A DNA stretch of 60,073 nucleotides, taken from the NCBI GenBank assembly GCA_003614675.1, contig ML002245.1, positions 1 through 60,073 of the forward strand. Reading direction: 5' to 3'. Position 1 is the stretch's first letter. Every line of letters begins with the position of its first letter. This document shows, one piece after another, positions 38,123 to 49,301 of the stretch. The position numbers and the translations under genes are program-made. The stretch comes from Dimargaris cristalligena (lineage: Eukaryota). The notes beneath the pieces are model-generated. The model ran no database searches and was not told the origin of the DNA. It saw nothing but the letters and a program-made list of their open reading frames with translations.

Positions 38123-38953
38123 ATTTATATATTACAACAGGGGTGATGGGTAGGAGAGAGTACTGAAGGTACAGCTAATATAGTGTGGTTGGCCCGGGGA
38201 AAATATAGAATAATATAAATATATATAATCTCTAAAGGTAAGAAGGAGGTATTGTGTGGTAATAGAGTATGCTGGGGTGCTAAAGGAACACACTACTATT
38301 TTGCCAAGTATTATTATTATCACACCAAAAACCTTGTTTTATCCTGTTGGTAAGGCCTGGAAAAGTCGCCCCTCTCTCACAAGTTGAATGGGAGAGAGGG
38401 GGGAAATTGTGTTCCCCCGCCCACCAACTTTCAGATGACAGATGTGGGGGGCTGCGTTCCCCCGCCCTCACATATTTCCTATACATTCCGTGCGCTGTCT
38501 GCATGACCAAGGCGTGACCAATGAATGGGTATTTTCTTTACTGAATAGCCTCAAAAATATCCCCATTTATGGTTTCCTTCAAATCCATAGTGGCTCTTGT
38601 ATTATTTAACTTATAGAAAAGGTGCGCCATCTTACCCCGAAAGGGCCAACCAACTGGAATAATTCTTTAACAGCAAACCACATATATTTAGTTACGAAGT
38701 AAGTAGTGGGGGGGGGGGGTCAACGCTTAAGCGACGAATTTTATAGAAAACCAGCTCGCTAATTAGGAGACGGATTTATTGCGATTAATGTTGATTGATA
38801 GGTGTGTTATAGAAGTGCTAACGAATACGCTACAATTAAGTCCACTTATTCAAATAAAATATACAGCATTCCATTCCACAGGGAAGACGCAGTGATAGTA
38901 ATGATGGTGTGTAAACCAATCGATCCGTGGGGAAAATATTCCCCAATTTCATC

Positions 38954-40325
38954 CTAAAATATGTTTTGGTGCACCCGACTTTCGTCACCGGGTACTTTAT
39001 GGTCCGCCATATTGGGCTTGAGCTCGTACACCGTAAGCAGAGGTTCGTCGCGCAGCTAAATCGGCATTAGATTATAAGATTGGATATACGATCAGTCAGT
39101 AATAGTTCCACACATTAAGCAAGTCTATACATGAATATATAAACAGTGTACTCTTTCAATGGCTGATCCGTCATCAACCCAGTGAAGACGCTGCTGAATT
39201 GACAGGGGGTAGAAGTGATAGAACGCAGATGGTGACTATTAAGAGCATGTTCAGTAATCAGAAAACCGTAATTACCTCCGTCCATTCGCCCGTAAGGCCA
39301 ATATACTGCAGTCGGGTGGTGTCTTCGCCAAAGTTCTCAGGGAAATACAGGGTCAAACTCCGAACGTTTCCGAACTTCGTGATCCGGGTGTGGTATTCCA
39401 CCACATCTTTACCGGAATCCTCAATTAGATCCCATTCCTGGGTGCAGGTGCGATCCTCGACATTGTCGAAGTCAATGTCATCGGAGTTGATAAACCTATA
39501 GGCCGTTGGGGGAGATGGAGTATTAGTGAATTACCGACATGGCCCAGCAGTATCGAGTATTATAATTGAAGGTGTTAGATAAATATTCGGACTGCCCGGC
39601 GAATTAGGTGTTTGTAGCTGCGCCCCATCAGTCGAAATTATAAGCGAATCTATCAATGAATCGGGGTTTTATGCCGACCAATGTTCAATCCACCAAAGTA
39701 CTCGGAACGTTCGTTTGGCAAGTGTGGGCGGAGGGGGGGAGGTGGTCCTCTACTTACACTTTGAGTTTGGCAGGCGACTGGGCGCCGGGTCCACCGATGA
39801 GCAAGATGGATTTGATTTTGGCCATGCCGGTTAGACTATCCCAGTAATCGTCGGAAATTGCGGTGCAGTTTATATTATCAAAAATCGCCCATGCGCGGGT
39901 AATTTTAGTGATGAACCATGGTTAGTGTCTACTATATAATACCTCTTTCATAGTGTAGAGTCCCCAAGGGACGCCGCGTAGGAAGGAGGGTGGGTAAAAT
40001 ACAACCGAGCGCAGGGAAGGGGGACTTACGGAATGAAAACGATCAGTTGCTCGTCGCAGTCGCTTTCCAAACACGGGGTGCGCTCTTTACGCTGGTGCCA
40101 CGGTTTGATGATCCCCTTAGCTGCGCCGGTATCACTTTCGTTGTACCCGCGGACGTTGTCAATGTCGATTTTACTGTACAGGGAGTCTTTGAGGGCGGGT
40201 TCGAGATCATGACTGTGGTCGTGGTCGTGGTCATGGCCATGCCCATGTCCGTGGCTATGACTATGGCCACGGGAGCCCGAGGGCTGGTAGTCGCTCGGAC
40301 CGGCTTCACCCTGACAGGAACTCAT
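38954..40325 (-). CDS. PITHD1: PITH domain-containing protein 1, ~231 aa, 4 exons
   Basis: Exons 40325-40030, 39835-39758, 39495-39276 and 39055-38954. His-rich N-terminus, SLYSKID, LESDCDEQL, EYHTRITKF, YIGLTGEW and VYELKPNMADHK. Confidence 0.9.
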
Positions 40326-41352
40326 TAGCGAAATAAGTGGCGGGGGTGGGAGACTCGAGGGAGAAGAAGGCGGGTGGGTGGGGGGTATTGGCGTAGGTTT
40401 TATCGGCCAAGTCAAAATAGGAATATGTTAACCGAGTAAAAAATCCAATGAATAGACTGAATGGCCAAAATGGGAAATGTGCTATATAAATGGTGGAATG
40501 AAGAGTATCGAAGTTCTGCTGAAAGAGCAAACTACAATACAAGAAGGAGTGAGTTAAATGAGTAGTATGAGTTTAAGGTTCATGTGAGTTAAGGAAAGTA
40601 AAGTTTGGGTTGTCCCTTCCAATTCAACCCTATACCTCCAATTATCATTCCCATTCCCGTTCTCTTCTTTCCCAGGGCCTACACCACCAGACCAGCTCAA
40701 ATTCAACTTGGGTTAGGTGTGTGGATGCTAACATCATGTAGACCGTGGCTACTACTACTTTACTATAAAGACTTGCGTTACGCGGGTCTTATTGGTAAGG
40801 TTCGAAGCTGCTGGAGAGGATTGGTGGTCCGCAAGCGTATTTAATTTGTATGAATTGCGCCAACCGCGCACATTAATAGTCCAGTGACGTGGATCAAACT
40901 ATACTTGTCAGGAATAATAGGCCCTATCCTATGTGCCATTCTCCCTGGTATAGCTTGTATTTATGAAGCTATTTTCCTAAGGAAAACAGCTGACTTGGAG
41001 CTGTATTCTGAAAAGATTTATTGAATATCCACATTATATTATGTAGTCTATAGTACGGCGGGGTACTGCTATGACTCTCCTCCCCTCATTCTTTGGTTCA
41101 AAAATTCGAAATAGTTGTTAGAAGGGGAGGGGGCTCTTCCAAGTAGTATTCGCGACTTCTAAAATGCCATACGATGGTGCATGTCACTTCTGTGGGGTCG
41201 ATCATAGAGGACTTGTGAATTAAGAGTGGTTGGTGGTGGGCCTTTCCGTAGTTGTACCGCTAGAAACCACCAGCCCATAATAAACCTACGCACCCTCCCT
41301 TTTCTCCTAGTATATCTATCTCATCTAACCCTCCTCTCTCCTCCTCCGTTAT

Positions 41353-43179
41353 CTACAACCGACTTTTAATCCACGACGTCCATTTCGACTTCTGCTTCTG
41401 TTCCTGTTCCTGTTCGTCCATGACCGCCAGGGCCATTCCCATAATTTCCTGGAACGCCGCCGCATAAGTCTGGGCCTGGGCCGACGACGCCTGCTTTTTG
41501 GCCACCCGGGCCGCAATCCCCTGGGTAATTACCGCCAGCCGGAAAAACCCAAACGCCACATTAAAGGACCAATGGTCCCGCACGGCGGGGAGGTGGGTCA
41601 AGGCCGTATACTGGTCAATCAACTCCCCCTCGGTCGGCAGGTCTTTGGTCCCCGCTTCAGCAGTGTTGGAGGAAGGGGGAGCATTCCGGTAGCCGCGCAG
41701 GAAAGCGGGACCAGTGCGGTAATCACAGCGGTAAGGTTGGAGCAAGTTGGCCAAGTCGGAGAGGGGATGACCGAGGGTCGATAATTCCCAGTCGAGAATG
41801 CCAATGATGCGCGGTTCGGTGGGGTGAAACACGAGGTTATCCATTTTGAAATCACCGTGCACTAGCGTGGTGGCGTCGGGACCGGAATGTGCGAGCATCC
41901 AGTCAATGAATTCGGTGAGGCGGTGTAAATCACCCACGGACTGGCCGGGGTGGCGGGGATCCGGGACCCGGCCTTGGACGCGGGACAGTTTGGCGAGCGA
42001 TTGCAGTTGGCGTTCGTAAAAATGGGCGGGGCGCCCGTAATCGCTGAGTCCGATGGCCCGGTAGTCGACCCGGTGGAATTTGGCTAAAGTGCGGACGGCT
42101 TCACGCCAGTACAACCCGCGTTCGGCCGATGGAATAGTAGGGAGATGAAAGTCGCTGAAAATGCGGCCTTCGAGGAACTCCATAACCTATTAGATAAATG
42201 AATGAATAAGTGAATGCATAGGAGAGGGGGGAGACAAATACAGCCACGATGGAGTTAATTAAAGGGCTCACCAACGAATACCTATAATTATTGAAAATGG
42301 CCGTATTAAAACCCCAATCTACTGGATGTGATTTTTAGGCCCTGCAGCCAACTTGATATATAAAATGGGCATTTACATAGAACGGGGTACCGATCACGCC
42401 AATATCTTCGCATAAGCAATACACCTTGGGCACGGGCACGTCGGTATGTTGGCCCAGGGCACTCAAAATCCGGTATTCCCGCTCGATGGCATGGGCGCTC
42501 TTGGTCAACAGGGTGCCGGCCGGCTTCTTGCGGAGCACGTACTTGCGGTCGCTGGCGTCCTGGATCAAGTAGGTGGGGTTGCTTTGGCCAAGGTTGAACT
42601 GCCGGATTGCCAACGGGGCGCGCATTTGGCGGACCTGACTGGCCAGGTAGGCTTCGAGAGGGCGGAGGTCGATTTCATGGCTGAAAGGGTATAAGATGAG
42701 ATGAGGTGAAACGAGGTGGTGGGGGTTAGGGAGAATTAACGGCCAGTATGAGGAACATGAAGTTCGTAGTTAGCACCTGGTCGTGTCAGTAAAGATGTTC
42801 CAACGTTTGTGAATAAAATAATATACCCCAGCTAACCCATATGTGGGAGGGTTATTCGGGTGGCCAACTGGTGGAGGCGCTTATAAAATAGAAGCATAGT
42901 TTGGTGAGACTGTCTTATAGGCGCTCTACTGGCGGTATTAATTGGGCTAACACGGGGCAGGGGGGTATAGTCCTGGAAATGCCTAGTGGAAAACCCCGCT
43001 TCGGAAGGCTAAGAAATGAGGTAGTGGTCGCCTATTCCTGGGAGTACTGGAGGGCCAATTCCAGTGGGGGGAACTCTCACATTTACCATATCCCAGGAAC
43101 CCTTCTTACCCCACCCCACGTACACCATTGGGGAAACTTACCCCGCTCGAACCGAAGAGGTGGTTTGTCCGTCGACCAT
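41353..43179 (-). CDS. APH/choline-kinase-like phosphotransferase resembling the ACAD10/11 kinase domain, stand-alone, with C-terminal PTS1 (SRL); ~391 aa, 3 exons
   Basis: Exons 43179-43142, 42680-42377 and 42186-41353. Motifs [33 protein letters not shown] and [14 protein letters not shown]; it ends in SRL*. Confidence 0.92.
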
Positions 43180-45039
43180 GGTGGTTTAGTTGAACACTAA
43201 GGGTTAAGAACTGAGGTAGTTGAGCGCTTTTGGAGGGGGTTAAGGAGGAGGAAACGTATAGTCAAACGGGGTCTGAACAAAAAGTAGGAATTCAAGAATA
43301 AGTTAAGACTAAGAAACAGGGAGGGAATGAGTGAGTAGAGATAGTCAGGGGGAAGATACTTCCTTAGTGGAAAAGAGCAGCCTAGTAAGTAGTAGCCCAT
43401 AAGAATTTCACGGGCTAAATAACCGAGGCTTCTTCTTTTGGTATCGCCTACCCCTCTTATTAGAAGAGGAGGGAGGGGAATGGTGCGTACGGCTCTCTGA
43501 CCAACAGAGAGTGTACCCTCTCCCTCGCCTTACTTGGTTTGCTGTGACTGGCAGAATAAAGTACTGTGAAAATAAGCCGGGCCGAGCGGTGGTGGTAGTG
43601 AACCCTCCTCTCTCCTCTCATCTCTCTTATTATTTGGTTACTTACTACATAGCCAGAAAAATACACTAGGAGAGAGTTGATAATTGGCTGCTCGGCGGTT
43701 CGGAGGGAACTCGACAGCAGGGCCTGTGATGCGGGGGATTGTCAATAAGTAGGAGAAATAGTAATAATACTGGATTTGGTAACCGCGTCCCTTTCATGTG
43801 ATGTGGTTGCCATGGTATGCTCGCTAATAACCGCGAGATTCGAGATGTCGGCGGAATATGTCTCCTATCCTAGCAATAACCAGATAAAATTTCATACCCC
43901 ATTTTATATAACCGGTTTGGTACTCCCTCCCTCATTTACTATTATACTGCAACTATGACCACTCACTACTCCGTGTGGTTGTTCGTCTTCGAGGTGACAG
44001 GCAGTGATACATTACAAAATAAAAGCCGAGCAGGGTAGTAGGTCCTGGCCACTCCTTTGTATTCCCCGATCGGATTGATTCCAGAGGATGGCTACTGATT
44101 GCGGTAAAACAGAATGAGAGAGAGAGAGAGAGAGAGTGCATGCTATCGTATGTAAACAGGAGACATGATCTAAAAGTCGAAGTACCTCACATAGCTTGTA
44201 CCGAGACTGCTCGACAATGATTAACATCTTCATATCCCGCCCATCCCTCTCCAGTCGATTGCTTTCCTTAATTCATACCATAGCCCTAAGACTATCATCT
44301 CTCCTGCCTACTCGTTAAGCCCTCGTATTCTTTACAAACAGGAGACGGCGGCACTGTGCAATGGGGTGGGAAAGGGGGGGGGGTATATGAACACAAACCC
44401 AAGTTTTATGTTAAACTATTAATAATTACGTAAAGCCCTTTAAACCGCAGCCCTACATAGACTAAAGCGGATCAGTCAATACCAACCGGTTTTCCAAAGA
44501 AGACTGTCCCGAGAGGGTTTCTAGGGTCCCATCTTTGAGGCCACTAATAAGCATGTGTAATTCCGTGGAAAATATCTGTAGCAAATTGCATTGGCCCAAT
44601 AACATACACATACACACCCCCATTCGCAAACGTGTACCTCTCATCATACAGAGGTGTGCAAATACTGCTGAATACTAGAAAGGCCATTGCAATTTAAACT
44701 GATAATGGGACCTGGCGGTAGCCATGCCAAAAATAGAGTTAGTGTCAGATTTCTCTTGGTCGACCGGTCCAATACTGCGTGGCACTATCACTATACAAGA
44801 GTGGTGGTAAATATGGACCTTGGGCTATATCCGGTATGACATCAATTCTTCGATCCTGCTGCAGCCATTCACCGGGTGATGGTCCATATAAAAACCAGGA
44901 TCAATAGCCCTCGCGGGACCTCATCTCTACCCTCCATTAATTATTGTGCTTTTCCGTCTGTTCTAGTAAATCATCGCACCGGATTACACTTCCACCACCC
45001 GCACCCATCCCCTCTCCAATTACCCCCACCACTTTACCA

Positions 45040-47193
45040 ATGCCGCTCTTGGCCCGTCTCCTCCAAACCACCTGGTTCATCGGGTGTGATATCTGGCTCG
45101 GCCTCACCCTAATCTTGCACTGCGCCGGCACCATTTGGTCCTACTTTACCTGCGGTCCCCGCCGGCCCACCTGGGACCTCAAAGTCGCCCTTATCCATAC
45201 CTTTATACACCACTCCTTCACGTCCAGCCTAAAAGTCGGTATCCACTACGCCCGTCGCAACCAACGAGACCTAGCGGTATCACCTCGGGTGGGGATCAAC
45301 TACCCGATTAATCCCTGGACGCTGGAGGAATCCGAGGTGCGGGCTATCCCAGGGTTGGTCAAAGCCCTTGAACCCATATCCCAACTCCTCCGCCCCACTA
45401 CCACTAACTCTTTTAAAAAAGCATCATCAGCACCAACCAATGTGGCCTTTGAGGACCATATCCTCCCCGCCGAGTGGGTGGTCCATCGGGAAGTTCAGGG
45501 TCGGATGGCGGCCCGAATGACTACTCACAAGCACCAGTCCAATGCTAATTCCTTGGGCCACCTGGGCCCGTTATTTCCCGCGGAACCCATCATGCTGTAC
45601 CTCCACGGCGGCGGGTTCGTAATGGGTGGTTTCGGGGGCCATCGCCCCCTGATTTGCGAACTGTCGAAACAAATTGGTCGGCATATCTTTAGTAAGTTGA
45701 ATATCACCTTTAATACACTAGAAACCCCCCCACTATCATTGTACGGGGTGGGATTATAATCCGCCTATAACACTAAGGGCCACTTGGCGGTTACTGTGCC
45801 CCAGCTGGATGAATGAGGGAACCAAAGCCACGGATGGGGCACGGTCATACATGTCGATGTATCCACGCACTTTTGGGTGGAAATTATATATAATTCATTC
45901 AGCTCTGTATTCATATTTCTAAATCTATATATTCAAATGTGGTGGCGTGCCTACCTTACTCGCTGTTTCTCGCACGCTGAAGCCATTGACTATCGGTTAG
46001 CCCCCGAACACCGGTTTCCGTGCGCCCTAGTGGATGTCATTTACACGTACCTGAAACTGGTGGCAACCCCTACCCAAGGTGGCCTGGGGTTTAATGCTGA
46101 CCGGATTATTTTAGCCGGTGATAGCGCCGGGGGTACCTTAAGTGAGTTAATTGGTTAGATAATCCCAAAATTTTGTAAAGGTATGGCTCCGCAGATACTG
46201 AAGTAACCGCCAATTACCACCGTTTTGAAGGAGAGTTAGAGATCCGCTCATAACCACATATTAACTCACCATTGTTTTTTTCTGGTAATTATCATGACTC
46301 AAATATGCCGCCGGATTGGGGTGATTTAGTCGTAACTACTATGCTATTCCTCCGGGACCACAATTTGCCGTTGCCCCAGGGCGTCATTTTACTATCGGTA
46401 AGTCCTCTGTATCGTTTCGGTTACCTTCCCTCTAAAAGGATCTTGACCCCTACGCTTAGATTATTAGTAGCATTATTTTCATTTGACCACCCTTCGTCGC
46501 TAATCTTCTATTATACTAACCCAGTGTATTGTTTCCCTATCACCCACCCGTATAATATATATAGCCTTGGCTGGACTTAACCTGCACGACGCCTAGCTGG
46601 ACCCAACATATTCCTTTTGATTTTCTCGGCCCCGTGTTCATCACCGATCCCCTGTTCAACCCGGCCCTCAGTTACGCATCCCCCGACGCTTCCTATGTCG
46701 GCCACCTACCGTATATCACCCACCCGTACGTTTCACCGCTCACCCCCATGCCTACTACCACTACCACTACCCCGACCGATCCGCCCACTTCTTTTCATAA
46801 CCTTCCGCCTATTTTAATCCAAGGGGACGAGCCGAACAAATGGCAGACGATTTCGTACGGTTCGCCCATTGCCTAAACCATACTCCCGGGGCCCAATTTG
46901 AGCTCGATTTATACCCCGATATGTTCCATGTATTCCAACTCCTTTTTTGCGTAGGGGTTCCGGTTGCCCAGGCGGCTTTGGAACGCATTCAACATTTCGT
47001 GGACCGATTGGATCGAGGGGAAAAGGTGGTGGTGAAGGGAAAAAAGGAAGAAAAGGAGGAGGAGAAATGCTCAGAAGGTATTGGACCTGGGGATGGAGAG
47101 GTTCGTGGTGAGAATAATCTCTATAATGAAAAATGGACAATGGAATTTCTTCACCCTAATTCGCAGTTGGGCCAAGCCACTACTCCCGCTTAA
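45040..47193 (+). CDS. HSL-family alpha/beta hydrolase (esterase/lipase) with a 1-nt frameshift at 46823-46826
   Basis: Exons 45040-45691, 45983-46141, 46330-46397 and 46565-47193. Motifs YLHGGGF, IDYRLAPEH, AGDSAGG, SPWLD, LPPILIQ and YPDMFHVFQ. Adding one G to the G4 run restores a ~502-aa frame. Confidence 0.85.
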
Positions 47194-47774
47194 TTATCCA
47201 GCCCCATTTGGGAATATATTGGCACCCCTTCACATGACAATACTATCGTCGATACACTTGGTTCGCATGGTACACCCTTAGTTGTAAGGTATTTCTCACA
47301 TCAATAAAGTAAGCACAATTTTCTTAAGACAACATTCGGATTAACCATGTTTGCGGCATTTAGACTAAGCCGGCATATTATATCTATTGTTCTCCTTTTA
47401 AGATACTGAAGTACTTGTATTAAATAAAGTAGATGGAGGTGGGAAGTTGATTTACTCAGTAACATTATTGCGACCAAAAGATTGAACCGAAAAGATGGGA
47501 GTAATAACAAGGGATTATATTGAGTATTTTATAGTGGATAAGGGGAGGAATCGCCATAGACCGGGGACAGATTAGTGAATAAAATGACCAAAAGTGCTCA
47601 AGTCACAGAACCAAAATATTGATTTTTAAAACCATTCAGCTGGATCTGAAATACCATATACAAGGAGGCGGTGTGAAGAAGGGGGAAAATGTGAAGTTGG
47701 ATTCACCCCACCATTACTTCACAAAAGCATTATATATATATGGGTGTGCTTCTTTCATTCACAGATTCCAGTAA

Positions 47775-49301
47775 TTAGTAGTAAATCACGTAATTATCCA
47801 GATAGTCTCCTCCACCCATATAGGAATCGTAAGGTTCCATAGGTGGGGTGCGGGCCCGCAGCTGGTCCGAAAAGTAGCTGCCCCATTTATTCATGTAGGT
47901 ACAGTAATCGGTATTGGCGAATTCCGAGGGGCCGGCTTGGATGAATGGGTGGTTCAGGGCATCGGTACTACTGATACGTTCTTCGGGATCGGCCAGGAGC
48001 ATGGAACGCAGCAGGTCAATAGCGTCGTAGATGACTTTGGGCACGCTCGATGAGCTACCGACATGGGGAATATCATGGGAAGAGTAGTCCCAACTGGAGG
48101 CAAGTGGGGAAAAGTACGAGTTACTCGAGCGTTCCGGCCGGAGCGAAAGAATATCCTCCAGCTGGGAGACGATTTGGTCGGTGGTGGTGGTTCGCACCAT
48201 TGACCCACCCAGATACCGCAGGTCGACGGAGGGGAAATAGTCCTCCAGCATCATCCCCAATACCACACCCACGCTATACATGTCCGCCTTGGGACCCGTG
48301 CCGGTACCCGCCAACACTTCAGGGGCCACAAAGCCGGGGGTACCGCAGGAGGGTAAGCATTGTCCAGCGGAACACTTCGAGGCCAGCCCAAAATCAATGA
48401 GCACCAGGTTATCGTTGCCGTCGGACATGAGGTTGGCCGGATTAATGTCCAGGTGGGTAATGTGTTTGTGGTGCACTCCGACGAGAGCCGTCAGGAGCTG
48501 TTTGATAATCCGCTGGATTTCCCGCAAGTCCCGGTGGAAGACGTGGATCTTTTTAACCACGGGTAAAACGAGGACCCGGTTCCCGGAGTCGTCCACGAAG
48601 GAGTCCTCGAGGTGGAGCACGTTCGGGAGGGCCTTGAGTTGTTCCAAGATGTGGTACTCCCGGTCGCCCAACATACGATCAGGGACCGTTTTAAATGCCA
48701 GGGGAGTAAAGTCATGCGACCGAATGCCGAATTCGACCTTGGACAGATCGGTCGAGATTTTGGGGATACGGTCATTGATCAAATAGCGCCGCTCCCCCTT
48801 GGCCGGGTGGTGCTCGCAGGGAGCCACGTACATATCATCATCCTCATCCACGTGAATGATGGGGGAGTTGCGACGGGTGTGTATTGAAGCGTTTGATTCG
48901 AAGCCGGACGTTTCACTCTGGCCCGTCTCGGTACCCTCACTGCAGGTCTCGGACGCATCCGAACCCCGGTGGTATCGAGGGTGGGCACCGGCTGAGGCGG
49001 CGGCAGCGTGCAGCGCCATTTGCTGGTAGTCCTTACCGGAGATATGGGAGATGGTGCGGTATTTCAGAAAATCGGCTTCATGGCCATGCTGTTGGGCCTG
49101 ATCGGCTGAATCCATGATTACCCCGTAAAGGTGCTTCCAGATACAGTTTTGCTCCTGGTCGGCGATGGATAAGCGACGACGCAGGCGACGGGGCGGGATC
49201 GGTTCAGGGGGTTCTGACGCGGAGTCACTGGACGTCGTATCAGCCGCAGAGCCCGACAAGGAGCACGGCGAGGGGTTAGAAAGGGTAAAACCACGCGACA
49301 T
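47775..49301 (-). CDS. Atypical Ser/Thr protein kinase, ~508 aa, intronless
   Basis: ATG 49301 (MSRGFTL). Kinase motifs LAFK, HLDINPAN, LIDFGLA, CGTPGFVAPE, ADMYSVG and DPEERIS..ALNHPF. No recognisable GxGxxG loop. Confidence 0.88.
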   Translation of the reverse strand: MSRGFTLSNPSPCSLSGSAADTTSSDSASEPPEPIPPRRLRRRLSIADQEQNCIWKHLYGVIMDSADQAQQHGHEADFLKYRTISHISGKDYQQMALHAAAASAGAHPRYHRGSDASETCSEGTETGQSETSGFESNASIHTRRNSPIIHVDEDDDMYVAPCEHHPAKGERRYLINDRIPKISTDLSKVEFGIRSHDFTPLAFKTVPDRMLGDREYHILEQLKALPNVLHLEDSFVDDSGNRVLVLPVVKKIHVFHRDLREIQRIIKQLLTALVGVHHKHITHLDINPANLMSDGNDNLVLIDFGLASKCSAGQCLPSCGTPGFVAPEVLAGTGTGPKADMYSVGVVLGMMLEDYFPSVDLRYLGGSMVRTTTTDQIVSQLEDILSLRPERSSNSYFSPLASSWDYSSHDIPHVGSSSSVPKVIYDAIDLLRSMLLADPEERISSTDALNHPFIQAGPSEFANTDYCTYMNKWGSYFSDQLRARTPPMEPYDSYMGGGDYLDNYVIYY

